Shown here: positions 1-14,060 of the stretch, in pieces
How the letters are laid out: every line of letters begins with the position of its first letter
How positions within the stretch are numbered: the stretch's first letter is position 1
From: Mobula hypostoma
Taxonomy: Eukaryota
Direction: 5' to 3'
DNA length: 64,000 bases
Assembly: GCF_963921235.1 (NCBI RefSeq)
Contig: NC_086097.1
Coordinates: 221,962,001 to 222,026,000, forward strand
Notes under the pieces: model-generated
Databases searched by the model: none
What the model was told of the DNA's origin: nothing
The model's input: the letters and a program-made list of their open reading frames with translations, nothing else
Position numbers and translations under genes: made by a program

Positions 1-1437
1 AAAGGAGGGAGAGAGAAACCGGGGAATTATAGACCGGTTAGCCTAACGTCGGTGGTGGGGAAACTGCTGGAGTCAGTTATCAAGGATGTGATAACAGCAC
101 ATTTGGAAAGCGGTGAAATGATCGGACAAAGTCAGCATGGATTTGTGAAAGGAAAATCATGTCTGACGAATCTCATAGAATTTTTTGAGGATGTAACTAG
201 TAGAGTGGATAGGGGAGAACCAGTGGATGTGGTATATTTGGATTTTCAAAAGGCTTTTGACAAGGTCCCACACAGGAGATTAGTGTGCAAACTTAAAGTA
301 CACGGTATTGGGGGTAAGGTATTGGTGTGGGTGGAGAATTGGTTAGCAGACAGGAAGCAAAGAGTGGGAATAAACGGGACCTTTTCAGAATGGCAGGCGG
401 TGACTAGTGGAGTACCGCAAGGCTCAGTGCTGGGACCCCAGTTGTTTACAATATATATTAATGACTTGGATGAGGGAATTAAATGCAGCATCTCCAAGTT
501 TGCGGATGACACAAAGCTGGGTGGCAGTGTTAGCAGTGAGGAGGATGCTAAGAGGATGCAGGGTGACTTGGATAGGTTGGGTGAGTGGGCAAACTCATGG
601 CAGATGCAATTTAATGTGGATAAATGTGAAGTTATCCACTTTGGTGGCAAAAATAGGAAAACAGATTATTATCTGAATGGTGGCCGATTAGGAAAAGGGG
701 AGGTGCAACGAGACCTGGGTGTCATTATACACCAGTCATTGAAAGTGGGCATGCAGGTACAGCAAGCGGTGAAAAAGGCGAACGGTATGCTGGCATTTAT
801 AGCGAGAGGATTCGAGTACAGGAGCAGGGAGGTACTACTGCAGTTGTACAAGGCCTTGGTGAGACCACACCTGGAGTATTGTGTGCAGTTTTGGTCTCCT
901 AATCTGAGGAAAGACATCTTTGCCATAGAGGGAGTACAAAGAAGGTTCACCAGATTGATTCCTGGGATGGCAGGTCTTTCATATGAAGAAAGACTGGATG
1001 AACTGGGCTTGTACTCGTTGGAATTTAGAAGATTGAGGGGGGATCTGATTGAAACGTATAAGATCCTAAAGGGATTGGACAGGCTAGATGCGGGAAGATT
1101 GTTCCCGATGTTGGGGAGGTCCAGAACGAGGGGTCACAGTTTGAGGATAGAGGGGAAGCCTTTTAGGACCGAGATTAGGAAAAACTTCTTCACACAGAGA
1201 GTGGTGAATCTGTGGAATTTTCTGCCACAGCAAACTGTTGAGGCCAGTTCATTGGCTATGTTTAAGAGGGAGTTAGATATGGCCCTTGTGGCTACAGGGG
1301 TCAGGGGGTATGGAGGGAAGGCTGGGGCGGGGTTCTGAGTTGGATGATCAGCCATGATCATAATAAATGGCGGTGCAGGCTCGAAGGGCCGAATGGCCTA
1401 CTCCTGCACCTATTTTCTATGTTTCTATGTTTCTATG
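1..1437 (+). mobile_element. CR1 (HER1-like) LINE, 3' part with uninterrupted reverse transcriptase ORF and (TTTCTATG)n tail
   Basis: Frame open from base 1 to stop at 1338; [10 protein letters not shown] and FADD RT motifs; CR1 3' hairpin and octamer tail at about 1413-1437. Confidence 0.93.
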
Positions 1438-3595
1438 TAACCTCTGACAGCCCTCCACACTGTCCACAACACCTCCAACTTTTATGTCATCAGCAAATTT
1501 ACTAACCTATCCCTCTACTTCCTCATCCAGATCATTTATAAAAATCATGAAGAGAAGGGGTCCCAGAACAGATCACTGAGGCACACCACTGGTCACCGAC
1601 CTCCATGAAGAATATGACCCTTTTACAACCACTCTTTGCCTTCTGTGAGCAAGCCAATTCTGGATCCACAAAGCAAGGTCCTCTTGGATCCCATGCGTCT
1701 TTACTTTCTCAATAAGTCTGGCATGGGGTACCTTATCAAAGGCCTTGCTGAAATCCATATACACTACATCTACTGCTCTACTTTCATTAACATGTTTTGT
1801 CACATCCTCAAAAAATTCAATCAGGCTCATAAGGCATGACCTACCTTTGACAAAGCCATGCTGACTATTCCAAATCATATTATACCTCTCCAAATGTTCT
1901 TAAATCCTGCCTCTCAGGATCTTTGCCATCAACTTACTAACCACTGAAGTAAGACTCACTGGCTATAATTTTCTGGGCTATCTCTACTCCCTTTCTTGAA
2001 TAAGGGAACAACATCTGCAACCCTCCAATCCTCTGGAACCTCTCCCGTCCCCATTGATGATGCAAAGATCATCGCCAGAGGCTCAGCAATCTCCTCGCTC
2101 GGCTTCCACAGTAGCCTGGGGTATATCTCATCCGGTCCTGGAGACTTACCCAACTTGTTGCTTTTCAAAAGCTTCAGCACGTCCTCTTTCTTAATGTCTA
2201 TAAGCTCAAGCTTTCAATCTGCTGTAAGTCATCCCTACAATCGCCAAGATCCTTTTCTGCAGTGAATATTGAAGCAAAGTATTCATTAAGTATCTCTGCT
2301 ATCTCCTCCGGTTCCATACACACTTTTCCACTGTCATACTTTGTAGAGCCTTTGTGCACCACGGTTCCTGTACCCTACCATCCTTTCCCTTCTCATTGGA
2401 ATGTACCTTTGCAGAATGCCACACAAATATTCCCTGAACATTTGCCGCATTTCTGCCGTGCATTTCCGTGAGAACATCTGTTCCCAATTTATGCTTCCAA
2501 GTTCCTGCCTGATAGCCTTATATTTCCCTTTACTCCAATTAAACACTTTCCTATCTTGTCTGTTCCTATCCCTCTCCAATGCTATGGTAAAGGAGATAGA
2601 ATTGTGATCACTATCTCCAAAATACTCTCCCACTGAGAGTCCTGACACCAGATCAAGTACAGCCTCTCCTCTTGTAGGCTTATCTACATATTGTGTCAGG
2701 TAACCTTCCTGAACATACTTAACAAACTCCACCCCATCTAATCCCCTTGCTCCAGGGAGATGCCAATCAATATTTGGGAAATTAAAATCTCCCACCATGA
2801 CAGCTTTGTTATTATTACACCTTTCTAGAATCTGTCTCTCTATCTGCTCCTCGATGTCCCTGTTACTATTAGGTGGTCTAAAAAACCAACCAGTAGAGTT
2901 TTTGGCCCCTTCCTGTTTCTAACTTCCACCCACAGTAGACAATCTCTCCATGATTTCCTCCTTTTCTGCAGCCATTACACTTTCTCTGATCAGCAGTGCC
3001 ACGCCCTAGCTCTTTTGCCTCCATCCCTATCCTTTCTGAAATGTCTATAGCCTGACACTCTAAGGAAACATTCCTGCCTCTGAACCATCCAGGTTTCTGG
3101 AATGGCCATAACATCATAGCTCCAAGTACTGATCCACGCTCTAAGTCATCCGCTTTGTTCATGATGCTTCTTGCATTAAAATAGACACATCTCAAACCAT
3201 CGGTCTGAGCATATCCCTTCTCTATCACCTGCCTATCCTCCCTCTCATACCGTCTACAAGCTTTCTGTATTTGTCAGCCAACAGCCCCTTCCTCCATCTC
3301 TTCAGTTCGTTTCCCCTCCCCCCCACAGCAATTTGAGTTTAAACTCTCCCCAACAGCCTTGGCAAACCTCCCTGCCAGGATATTAGTCCCCCTAGGATTC
3401 AAGTGCAATCCGTCTTTTTTGTACATGTCATGTCTGCCCCAAAAGAGGTCCAGAAATCTGAATCTTTGCCCCCTGCCCCAACCCTTAGCCACACATTTAT
3501 CTTCCATCTCACTCTACTCCTATACTTACTGTCGCAGTAATCCCGAGATTACTAACTTTGAGGTCCTGCTTCTCAGCTTTCTTCCTAACTTTTCC
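1438..3595 (-). mobile_element. Degenerate CR1 LINE (ORF1 SGNH-esterase remnant, APE endonuclease, N-terminal RT), cut by the CR1 at 1-1437
   Basis: Fragments [49 protein letters not shown]; frameshifts; same subfamily as 51147-54333. Confidence 0.9.
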
Positions 3596-4104
3596 TAAGG
3601 TTCTTTTGCTTTAAGCTCTCTAATCAATTCTGGTTCATTGCATGACATCTAATCTAGAATAGATGGATCAGGAGATAGCTCACTCAGAACATTGTACCAA
3701 GAAGAGGGGAAATAAAAGAGAGAAAAATGAGAAAGAAAGCAAATGGAAAATCAGGAAAGCAAACATAATGAATTTTTACATAGTTAAGATCTCTGAAAGT
3801 CCTTCAAAAATGAATACTTACTTTTGGAGTCTGGTTACTCTTATAATAGAAGGTTATCTAGCAGCTCAAGTAAGCTATCAGCAAAGTACCAACTTGGCCA
3901 AGTGGGTGTTTACAGATGAGAAGTAGCCATATCACTGCAATTATGCATTTTCTGCAAACAAGTCATTTTGTTGACAAGCACTTAGGGTAGATTTGGCAAT
4001 ATTTCCAGTATTTGAGGTAGAGTTGGCAACATTTCCATTAGAAATTTAAAGGCTTTAAACCAAATGACTCTAGTCATTAGAGTAAGATTTTACCTTTTTA
4101 ACTA

Positions 4105-4656
4105 TGTAATGTCCTGGTTCACAGTTTTGCTGTTATGCTGAGGGTATTCCATTTAGCAGTTCTGTAAGAGCAGTCTGTTCTGCTTTCAGCTTATTTGGGT
4201 TATTGGTGAAGATAAGGGATGATGAAGAATTAGGATGGTGGAACTGGGGGTTTCTGGTGTGGTTGGGCTTGGGGATTTTGTTCGGCAGGAAATGAAAAGA
4301 GAAGACCCGATGCAGGGCTGTGACTCAGTGAAGCCAGGTGCCGAGATTGAGTGAAAATCGGTGAATATGGTGAAACATAGAGCTCCAACTTGTGCACATT
4401 TGACTGTTTAATTAAATTGGGTCCTATTCTTTTTGTTTTTCTTTACTAAGTTAAGTTTCATAAATATAATTCCTTTAATTGTATGCAGTGTGCTGTCTGT
4501 TATTTTGTGGCACTAATTTGTAACAGGGTTAGCAAATTACACAGGGTCCACACAAACCAGGGTTTGGGACGGGAGAGGCGTCTCAATCTCATGAGCTTGG
4601 CGGGAGCGGAGTGTGTCTTCCCTAGACTTATGCAACCAAGGAAACCAGGGGTTTCA
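4105..4656. mobile_element. Probable solo LTR
   Basis: TG...CA ends (TGTAATGTCCTGGTT ... AACCAGGGGTTTCA, imperfect inverted termini), flanked by ACTA/AATA (4-bp TSD with one mismatch). Confidence 0.45.
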
Positions 4657-6072
4657 AATATATATTCCAAGATCTGCTATTGCGATAAGAGCAGATTATT
4701 GTCCATGCTTATCTATCTTTAGGAATGTGGTACTGAAATACCTTCAGGAGCTACTGTAGTCCATCTTTTGAAGTTCATTGCACTGAGCCATTGGTTGGTA
4801 TGATGGTAGAGACAGTTTGCAAGATAGACAAAGTCTGCAGTTTTCATTCTGGGTCCCCTGCAACATTGATGCATTCAGGCATGTGGTCCCTCAGAATGTT
4901 CAGTGCCTTCTAACTGTGTACAGTGCATTTATGATGACCACCTCTACAATTTTCTGACAAAAATACATGGTGGCATCATCTGCTGAATGCTCTTATAGAA
5001 ACCGACTTTGATAGCACCTGTGTCTTTGTGTTTCCTGAGGTGACTTCCCCCTGAATCTCGGCTCATGACCTTCAATCAGCCTGACCCAACTTACTGATCT
5101 GTTCAACTCCTGCTGTCCTGACCAACAACTCCAGTGTATCAATACTCTGTACCTGCAAACACTGAACTTCTACTCACCTCACTGCCCCTACCCACAAACA
5201 CCAAATCCAAGCAGCAAGCCTCCGGCTGAACAATTAACCCACTGTCGACTCCAATCAGATGCAATTAATACATATTTCTCTTTCATGTTCAACAGACTTT
5301 CTGGAGCAATGTTTTGGAAATTGATTCACAATGACCTGGCAGAGCTCAGTACTGAGAATCCTTGGTACAGCCATTGTTTCATGTAGCAACTCCATACGTA
5401 GACCACATTAGTTCATTCCTAATGCTTACTTTACCTCCTGTGGTCACCCTGCCCACACCATACCCAACTCCCTACCAATGGTAACAACATGCTCTTCAAT
5501 CCCACCCCCTAGAATCCAACAAATGAACCAGCTCTGAATCTCTCTTTTGGCCTGATTCCTGGAACACTCAGTCCTTGATACCATGATAGGTTCCCTACTC
5601 CTCCACCCACAATACACCCAGTCTTCAGCCTCACTCTCTAGGCCCATATTGAACTCTCACACTGCTGGCTTTCCTTGTGTTCCTGAACCTGTGGACCAGA
5701 CCCAGTTTGTGTCCCAGATAGTGCATTTTACTCTGTGTGCTGCACATCTTGTGATGTAAAATAGTTAACAAGTCATTTTGGAACATACAACATCAAAGAT
5801 GTTTTGTTAACACTTCTTATAATGATCTACGCCTTGTGTGGAACACATTAACTCCTAGACTCCTCCTCTTTGTGATCCAGCATATAATAGTTGAACCCCA
5901 GGTTCAGGTACTACAGTGAAATGATTATGGTCTGAGGAATATTAAACAAGAAGAACCCCATCAGTCTCTCAGACCAGTTGATCATCCAGTGCTGATGTAT
6001 TTTCAACTTAGTTCAATTTTCTGCCCAAGTTTCATTGAACTGAGCCAACAAAAAGGAAGCAGAATCATTTTT

Positions 6073-6725
6073 ATAGAAACATAGAATAGAAAATCTACAG
6101 CACAATACAGGCCCTTCGGCCCACAAAGCTCTGCCAAACATGTCCTTACCTTAGAACTACCTAGGCTTACCCATAGCCCTCTATTTTTCTAAGCTCCATG
6201 TACCTATCCAGGAGTCACTTAAAAGACCCAATCGTTTCCTCCGCCAGCAGCTTATTCCGCGCGCTCACAACTCTCTGCGTAAAAAGCTTACTCCTGACAT
6301 CTCCTTTGTACCTACTTCCAAGCACCTTAAAACTATGCCCTCTCATGCTAGCCATTTCAGTCCCGGGAAAAAGACTCTGACTATCCACATGATCAATACC
6401 TTGCATTATCTTGTACACCTCTATCAGTTCACCTCTCATCCTCTGTCGCTCCAAGGAGAAAAGGTCGAGTTCACTCAACCTATTCTCATAAGGCATGCCC
6501 CCCAATCCAGGCAACATCCTTGTAAATCTCCTCTGCACCCTTTCTATGGTTTCCACATCCTTCCTGTAGTGAGGTGACCAGAACTGAGCACAGTACCCCA
6601 AGTGGGGTCTGACCAGGGTCCTATATAGCTGCATCATTACCTCTCAGTCCCACGATTGATGAAGGCCAATTCACCGTATGTCTTCTTAACCACAGAGTCA
6701 ACCTACGCAGCAGCTTTGAGTGTGC
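6073..6725 (-). mobile_element. CR1 LINE 3' fragment
   Basis: ORF 6215-6637 [22 protein letters not shown]1 tail near 6073-6100. Confidence 0.88.
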
Positions 6726-8784
6726 TAACTGACAATCGCTGACATGTGTCATGAAATTTGTTGTTGTGTGGTATTAGTACAATGCAATACATAAAAAACT
6801 GCTGAGCTTGAATAAGAAATAAAATCAAAAAAGGGTGCAAAAGAGGGGAATGGTGAAATAGTGTTTAAGGGTTCATGGAACATTCAGAAATCTGAGGGCA
6901 TAGGGAAAGAAACTATCCTAAACATTGCGTGTGCATCTTCAGGCTCCTGTACCTCCTCCCTGTTGGCAGTAATAAGAACAGGTCATGTTCCAGATGGCGA
7001 GGCTCCTTAAAAACTGTCTAAACAGGATTATCTCTGCAGATTCTCCAGTGCTTGCCAGTTTTACCGTGGCTCTATACAGCCACATGCAGAATTGGTCTGT
7101 CTCTAAATAATGTTAATGACACTCAACTCTCCCTGTAAACTAGACTGCAATTCCTGTGCCCTTGTGAAAGCCAATTTCACCCTATATGCATTGATACCTC
7201 TGTGCAAACATTCTTTTAATCAAGTCAGGAGGTGCGCCGAGACTGCACCAGATGTCAAAAGCATTTTGCATCAAAACCTGATTTTATAAACTGTTAAGAA
7301 TGCCGTGGTTCTCAGTCGCTAGACCAAAGAGCATGGTGGGGGATACAAAGCCCCCATTGCTGGGGAACAGGACAAGACATCAGAGAGATACTGGATGAGA
7401 AAACTATGATGATCAATGAGAAAATTAAAGCCAGGATGCAGTGCCGTGAACTGTCCAGAAACCTCATATATGCGAACTGGATTGTGATTGCAAATGTCAT
7501 ATCGCACTAACTTCATGTCTAGCCTGTTTAACACACCGCTTGCCCATCACTCACCTATCAACGTTTGCTGTCAATCAGAGCTCACAACTAACATTCACTG
7601 TGTTCTCTCTCTCTCTCTCACCAATGTCACAAGGCTCTTATCACACAGTTTGTTCACACTGTTATATACACAGCCTACGATAGACACAAAAGCATTGTAC
7701 AATACTAGTCTCAGCCCTTTGCAGGATTAGGAGAAATCAAAAATTAGAGGCAACATCTTGCCATGGAAAGGGATGTATTGCCAGAATTTGAGAACCTGTA
7801 AACAATTGAGAACTAAAATCATAGAAACCCCTCAAAATGGTATCTGATTCCTCAGACAGAAACATTAGCAAACCTATGATATACGCAAGCACTTAAACTG
7901 ATCCTTCCATTTGTAGCCATGCTTACAGAAGTGTGGGTCAGAGAGTCAAGGCTTACCATTGGAACTGTATCACTAACCTCTGACCCATCTATATATGGTG
8001 TTCCCCATGGGACTGCAGGATATCTGAATAAACTGACACCTAGGAAGGTGAATCATCTGAAGGAACTTGAAACTTCTGCAGGTCTAAACAAAATCAAGTT
8101 AAATCTAGCACAGTTTCTGTTTGAAGGTGACAATGCATGTTTTTCACATCTTGGTAAGTGAAAAGTTCAGCTTTAGTATATTATTCAAACTTTTTCTATC
8201 TCCTAATCAGTTACTTTAAATCTTCGATTTTGTTGGCAATTAGATTTTTGGTTTTAACAAACATTTAAAACTCTTCCAGTAAAAAGGAATTTAAGGGAGA
8301 AATATGTTCTCGTTGAAGTGAGGCATACTAAGAGGAGGGACGTGGGAAAGATTGGTATATGAAGTGACATACAGGAACAATCCTTATTGAATGAGGAAAT
8401 GAAGGGGATTTTTTTGGCTATGGTAAATGTAGAAGTTTATTCATGGAGGATGATAAGATAAATTTGCACCTTGCTGCAATTACATACACCTCAGTGGAGC
8501 CCATAATCCAAAATAATGGGTGCAAGTGTCTCCTAACCTAAGGAAGGATATACTTATCATCAAAGGAGTGCGATGAAGATTTGCTTAAAGATGTTGCATA
8601 TGACGCGAGATTAAGCAGCCTTGGTCTATACTCATTAAGATGAATATGAGTCATCTTACCAAAGCTGACAAAATTCTTAATTTGACAGGGCAGGTACAGG
8701 AATGGTGTTTCTCATGCTGAATTGTACAGGACCAGGGACCTTAAAACAAAATATCAGCCATTCAGGAAGAAATTTCTTCAAAGT

Positions 8785-10925
8785 TCAAAGTAACTTTTAT
8801 TTTCAAAGTACATATATGTCACCATATACAACCCTGAGATTATTTTTCCTGCGGGCATACTCTGCAAATCTATGGAACAGTATCTATAACTGGATCAATG
8901 AAAGATCAACTCGAGTGCAGCGACAACAAACTGGGCAAATTTAGATGTAAATAAATAGTAATAAATAACCAGAACATGAAATAACAAGATAATGAGTCCT
9001 TGAAGTGAGATCATTGGTTGTGGGAACATCTCAAAGGATGGGCAAGTATTTGCAGTTATCCCTTTCTGTTCAAGAGCCTGATGTAACTGTTCTGGAATCT
9101 GCGAGTCCTGAGGCTCTTGTACCTTCTAGCTGAAGGCAGCAGCAAGAAAAGAGCATGGCCTGGGCAGTGGTGAACTCTAACGATGGATGTTGCTTTCCTA
9201 TGACAGTGTTTCATGTAGATGTGTTCAATGGTTGGGAGGATTTTACCCACAATATACTGAGCCAAATCCGGTACCTTTGTAGGATTTTCCATTAAAAGGC
9301 ATTGATGTTTCCACACCGAGCTGTAATGCAGGCAGTCAAAACATGTTCTGCTGCACAACTATAGAAGATTGTTAAAGTTTTAGATGTCTTGCTGAATCTT
9401 TGCAGACTCCTAAGGAAGTAGAGGCGCTGCTGTGCATTCCTTGCAATTGCACTTAAATGCTGGGTGCAGGGCAGACCCTCTGAAATAGTAACACATCGGA
9501 ATTTAAAGTTGCTAATCCTCTACACCTCTGACCCTCTGATGAGGACTGGCTCATAGGCCTCTGGTTTCACTCTCCTGAAGTCTGCAATCAGTTCTTGCTG
9601 ACATTGAGTCAGAGGTTGTTGTTCTGGCCCCAGTCAGCAAGATTTTCAAGCTCCCTCCTATTCCTCACCACCTTTGATTCAGACCACAACTGTGGTTCCA
9701 TCAGCAAACTTGAACATAGAACATAGAATAGTACAGCACAGTACAGGCCCTTCGGCCCACAATGTTGTGCTGACCCTCAAACCCTACCTCCCATATAACC
9801 CCCCCACCTTAAATTCCTCCATATACCTGTCTAGCGGTCTCTTAAATTTCACTAGTGTATCTGCCTCCACCACTGACTCAGGCAGTGCATTCCACGCACC
9901 AACCACCCTCTGAGTAAAAAACCTTCCTCTAATACCCCCTTGAACTTCCCACCGCTTACCTTAAAGCCATGTTCTCTTGTACTGAGCAGTGGTACCCTGG
10001 AGAAGAGATGCTGGCTGTCCACTCTATCTATTCCTCTTAATATCTTGTATACCTCTATCATGTCCCCTCTCATCCTCCTTCTCTCCAAAGAGTAAAGCCC
10101 TAGCTCCCTTAATCTCTGATCATAATGCATACTCTCTAAACCAGGCAGCATCCTGGTAAATCTCCTCTGTACCCTTTCCAATGCTTCCACATCCTTCCTA
10201 TAGTGAGGTGACCAGAAATGGACACAGTACTCCAAGTGTGGCCTAACCAGAGTTTTATACAGCTACATCATTACCCCTTGATTCTTAAACTCTATCCCTC
10301 GACTAATGAAAGCTAACACCCCATAAGCTTTCTTAACTACCCTACCTACCTGCGAGGCAACTTTCAGGGATCTATGGACATGTATCCCCAGATCCCTCTG
10401 CTCCTCCACACTACCAAGTACCTTGCCATTTACTTTGTACTCTGCCTTGGAGTTTGTCCTTCCAAAGTGTACCACCTCACACTTCTCCGGGTTGAACTCC
10501 ATCTGCCACTTCTCAGCCCACCTCTGCATCCTATCAATGTCTTTCTGCAATCTTCGACAATCCTCTACACTATCTACAACCCCACCAACCTTTGCATCGT
10601 CTGCAAACTTGCCAACTCACCCTTCTACCCCCACATCCAGGTCGTTAATAAAAATCACGAGAAGTAGAGGTCCCAGAACCGATCCTTATGGGACACCACT
10701 AGTCACAACCCTCCAATCCGAATGTACTCCCTCCACCACCACCCTCTGCTTTCTGCAGGCGAGCCAATTCTGAATCCACCCGGCCAAACCTCCCTGGATC
10801 CCATGCCGTCTGACTTTCTGAATAAGCCTTATTTCTGAATATGGTATTGGAGCTTTGCTAAAACAACATCAGAGGTGGAAAGCAAGTAGAGCAGAGGATT
10901 GATCACACAGTCCTGTGGTCCATCA
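8785..10925 (-). mobile_element. Rex1/Babar-like LINE fragment, interrupted by CR1 at 9715-10830
   Basis: HCPGHALFLLLPSARRYKSL..RRFQNSY C-terminal motif; the RT segment tcagcaaacttgaa|tatggtattggagc (NTIxKFAD on the minus strand) is split across the CR1. Confidence 0.65.
9715..10830 (-). mobile_element. CR1 LINE 3' fragment (same subfamily as 29309-30672)
   Basis: RT C-terminal ORFs 9852-10550; (CATAGAA)n tail at 9715-9730. Confidence 0.9.
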
Positions 10926-12959
10926 TCATCCAATGAGTGGTGAACCTTTGCAATTCTCAGCTGACAGGCAGTGCAAGTTCATAACGAATTCAAGAGACAC
11001 AGGGCTACTGTAGGCAAGTGGAGTGGTGCTGGGGTTAAATATCAGCCATGACCTAAAAGAGTGGCAGAAATTCAAAGCCACCAGGGGGCTGAATGTTTTT
11101 TAAAGAGGCATGATTCTATTTCTTCTATTCTTATATTTTTATGTGAAGTAGCAACTTGTCTATGGTCCCTTCCTCAGCGCTGAAGAGCTTGAAATGTATA
11201 TTTTGAAAAACTTTGACTGAGGGGCTATCTTGTTACTGCAGTCCTTGCTTCTCTCTTATGAAAACAACTGATGTCACATGGTGGTTAATTCGTCACTTTT
11301 GTGGATAAACATGTAATGGTGTTCTGGGGTGTGCGTCCAAGGGTGCACCTGCCTGAGATCAGGTAAGGATATTGCCGGAATATTCCCAGGGATTTTCTTG
11401 AACAAGATGCAGAAAAATTGAAAATGAATAGGACTAGAAGAGCATCCAGTTTGCTTCTGCAGTTTCCTCAGCTGCAGCCCCAGCTGGCATGCAATCATAC
11501 TGGAGGTATGCATTTGGAAAATGTTTCTTGGATTTCACCATTTATTGGAATATAAACACTATCTTGGCCCGAAGGAATATGAATGGATATGATTCATCTT
11601 GCGCAGACCAGAAGATCTCTCACAGGGAAATGTTCACAGACAAAGAGCTTATCACCTTAGCTGCTCTTTCTGCTCATGGCCAGCAGACAGTATTTCTCTG
11701 CTTCCTTCTGCCAACCCCAAAACGAAGCACTTCATCAGGAATGACAACCTTTCTATCCCTCCCTTTTTCTATTAGTACTCCAATTTATAAATTTAACAGT
11801 TGGTGTAATGCATTTCGAAAGTACATAAGCACAGGCGCAGCTTTTAAAAGATACTTTAATAAAACTTAATTTTCACTTGACAGTTTATTTGTGTATTACT
11901 TGTGATATATTTCTGAAAGTATGTTATTTTGTCAAGTTATTGCTAGTAAGCTGCCTTTGTCTCTGCACACATATAGCTTGAAATATCCTCAAATCTATCA
12001 TGTGTAGGGATTAAAGATGTGGGAATGTTATATGATGCCATCATTCCTGACAACATGCTTTTGTTTTAGTCTGAATTGATATATTGTAACATCCATGGAT
12101 ATTCTATGATAATTAACAATGTTCTGATGAAATTACATGTTCCGATGCAGAAGTTGTACAAAATAGAACACTTACGAGTTTATTATACTTTGCACCATAT
12201 ATTTATGTATACTGCCCTTGTTCAGGACCAAGCTCAATTCAATATAAAAGCTTAGAAATCGAGAAGAGGCTGGGGGAAAAATGACCCAGTTCATCTTGTT
12301 CATTCATTTTCTACCATCCATGCATACAGTAACAATAATACAGTTGTCAAGTGATCATAGTAACCAATTTCTGTCATTTATACACAAACCTAGATATGGC
12401 TATAATGCCATGTGTTCTCCAAAGCCTACAGTGCGCACAAAGAGGCTGCTTGAGGAACCCAGCGTGTCAGGCAGCATCTGTGGAGGGAAATGGACAATCT
12501 CAACCCAGAATGTCATCTGACCATTTCCCTCCACAGATGCTGCCTAATCCACTTTGTTCCTCCAGCAAACCTCTATTTTTGCTCCAGATTCCAGCATCTA
12601 TTTGCCACGTTTCAAATATAATTTTAGGATTGAACATATGATTATTTATCTTCAAATAAAAAAACATCATTTTAGTAAAGCAATGCTACCTGCTTCCACC
12701 ATTTTTCTACATGTAGAGTAGATAGCTGACTTGTCCCATAATGTTACATTGAGTTCATACCGCTTCTGCTGAATGCAGGCTTCATCAAAAAAGATTCAAG
12801 ATGGCTTAATGTCAGTCCCAGTGCACAGCTGGAAAGGAGAATTAAATAATTGTTACCCCAGATTCGATGCAGCACGAAAAAGACTAAGACAGTTAGAAAC
12901 ACAATAAATATAAATGCATGAGTTCCTGTACATAAGGTGACTCTGACGAGAAATGACAA

Positions 12960-13230
12960 AGTAGTGGCACTGGGGGCGGTGGTTGTGGGGGGTGGGTTAG
13001 TAGGTGGAGGTGTTGATCAGCCTTACTGCTTAGGTAAATGAACCATTTTTGAGTCTGTTGGTCCTGGCATGGATGCTACATAGCTTCCTCCCTCATGGTC
13101 CATGAGCAGGGTGGGTGAGATCCTTTCTGATGTTACTGCCCCTTTTCTGGCACCTTTCTGTATATATGCCCTTGATGGTGGGTAAGCTGGTGCCAGTGAT
13201 GCGTTGGGCTGTTTTGACTAACTTGTAAAG
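12960..13230 (-). mobile_element. Rex1/Babar-like LINE 3' fragment
   Basis: LVKTAQRITGTSLPTIKGIYTERCQKRGSNIRKDLTHPAHG motif. Confidence 0.6.
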
Positions 13231-13231
13231 C

Positions 13232-14060
13232 CTTCCTACCACTAAACACATCAACTCTCTACTTTTCCCTGGGATCACTCCCTCTGTGAATCTCTTGTAC
13301 ATCTGTTCCTCACTACTAACCTTCCTCCTGGCCCATATCCCTATAACTGACAGAAATACTACACTTGCCCATTCACCTCTTCCTTCACCACCCATTCAGA
13401 GCCCCAAACAGTCCTTCTAGGTAAAGCAACATTCACCTGTGAATCCACTGAGGCCATCCATTGTATCTGGTGCTCCCAATGCAGCCTCTTCTACATTGGT
13501 GAGACCCGACATAAACTGGGGGATCACTTCAACGAGCACCTGCATGCCATCCGCCAAAAACGGAATTTCACGGTGGCCAACTATTTTAATTCTTATCCCC
13601 GTCCTGTTCTGACATGTTGGTCCTCTTCTGCAATGAAGAGGCCCCACTCAGGCTGGAGAAGCAATACTTCATATTCCATCTGGGTAGCCTCCAACCTGAT
13701 GGCATGAACATCATTTTCTCCTTCTGGTAATTTTATTTTCCATTTTCTTTCTCCCTTACCTCTTCAATTCCCCAATTTGGCCTCTTACTTCTTCTTCTCA
13801 CCTGCCTATCTCCTCCCACTGGTGTCCCTCCTTTTTCCTTTTCTCCCGTGGTGCATCCACCTCTCCTATCAGATTCCTTCTTTGCCAGCCCCTTACCATT
13901 CCCAACCACCTGGCTTCACCTTTCACCGTCTGGCATGTCTTCTCCCTCCCTATCCAGCCCTGATGAAGGGTCTCGGCATGAAGCGTTGGCTGTTTATTCA
14001 TTTCCATAGATGCAGCGTGACCTGCTAAGTTCCTTCAGCATTTTGTGTGTGTTGTCCTGG
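13232..14060 (+). mobile_element. Penelope-like element 3' part: GIY-YIG endonuclease remnant, pyrimidine-rich tract and hammerhead-bearing terminus
   Basis: 13432-13560 translates FTCESTEAIHCIWCSQCSLFYIGETRHKLGDHFNEHLHAIRQK (GIY-YIG with CxxC); degenerate hammerhead CTGATGAAGGGTCTCGGCATGAAGCG at 13960. Confidence 0.8.

Noticed and set aside
246..950. Antisense ORFs over CR1 RT (also 23538-24532, 45081-45919, 53028-53285)
   Set aside because: Recurrent shadow ORFs opposite the RT coding strand; no evidence they are genes.
52..1338. 428-aa reverse transcriptase as a host gene or prokaryotic retron/DGR-type RT
   Set aside because: Typical CR1 LINE ORF2 C-terminus with CR1 tail; many related copies in the window.
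11280..11870. Possible plus-strand exon(s) or the 126-aa ORF 11489-11869
   Set aside because: No recognisable protein and no consistent splice partners; a lone CAG|gtaagg is insufficient.
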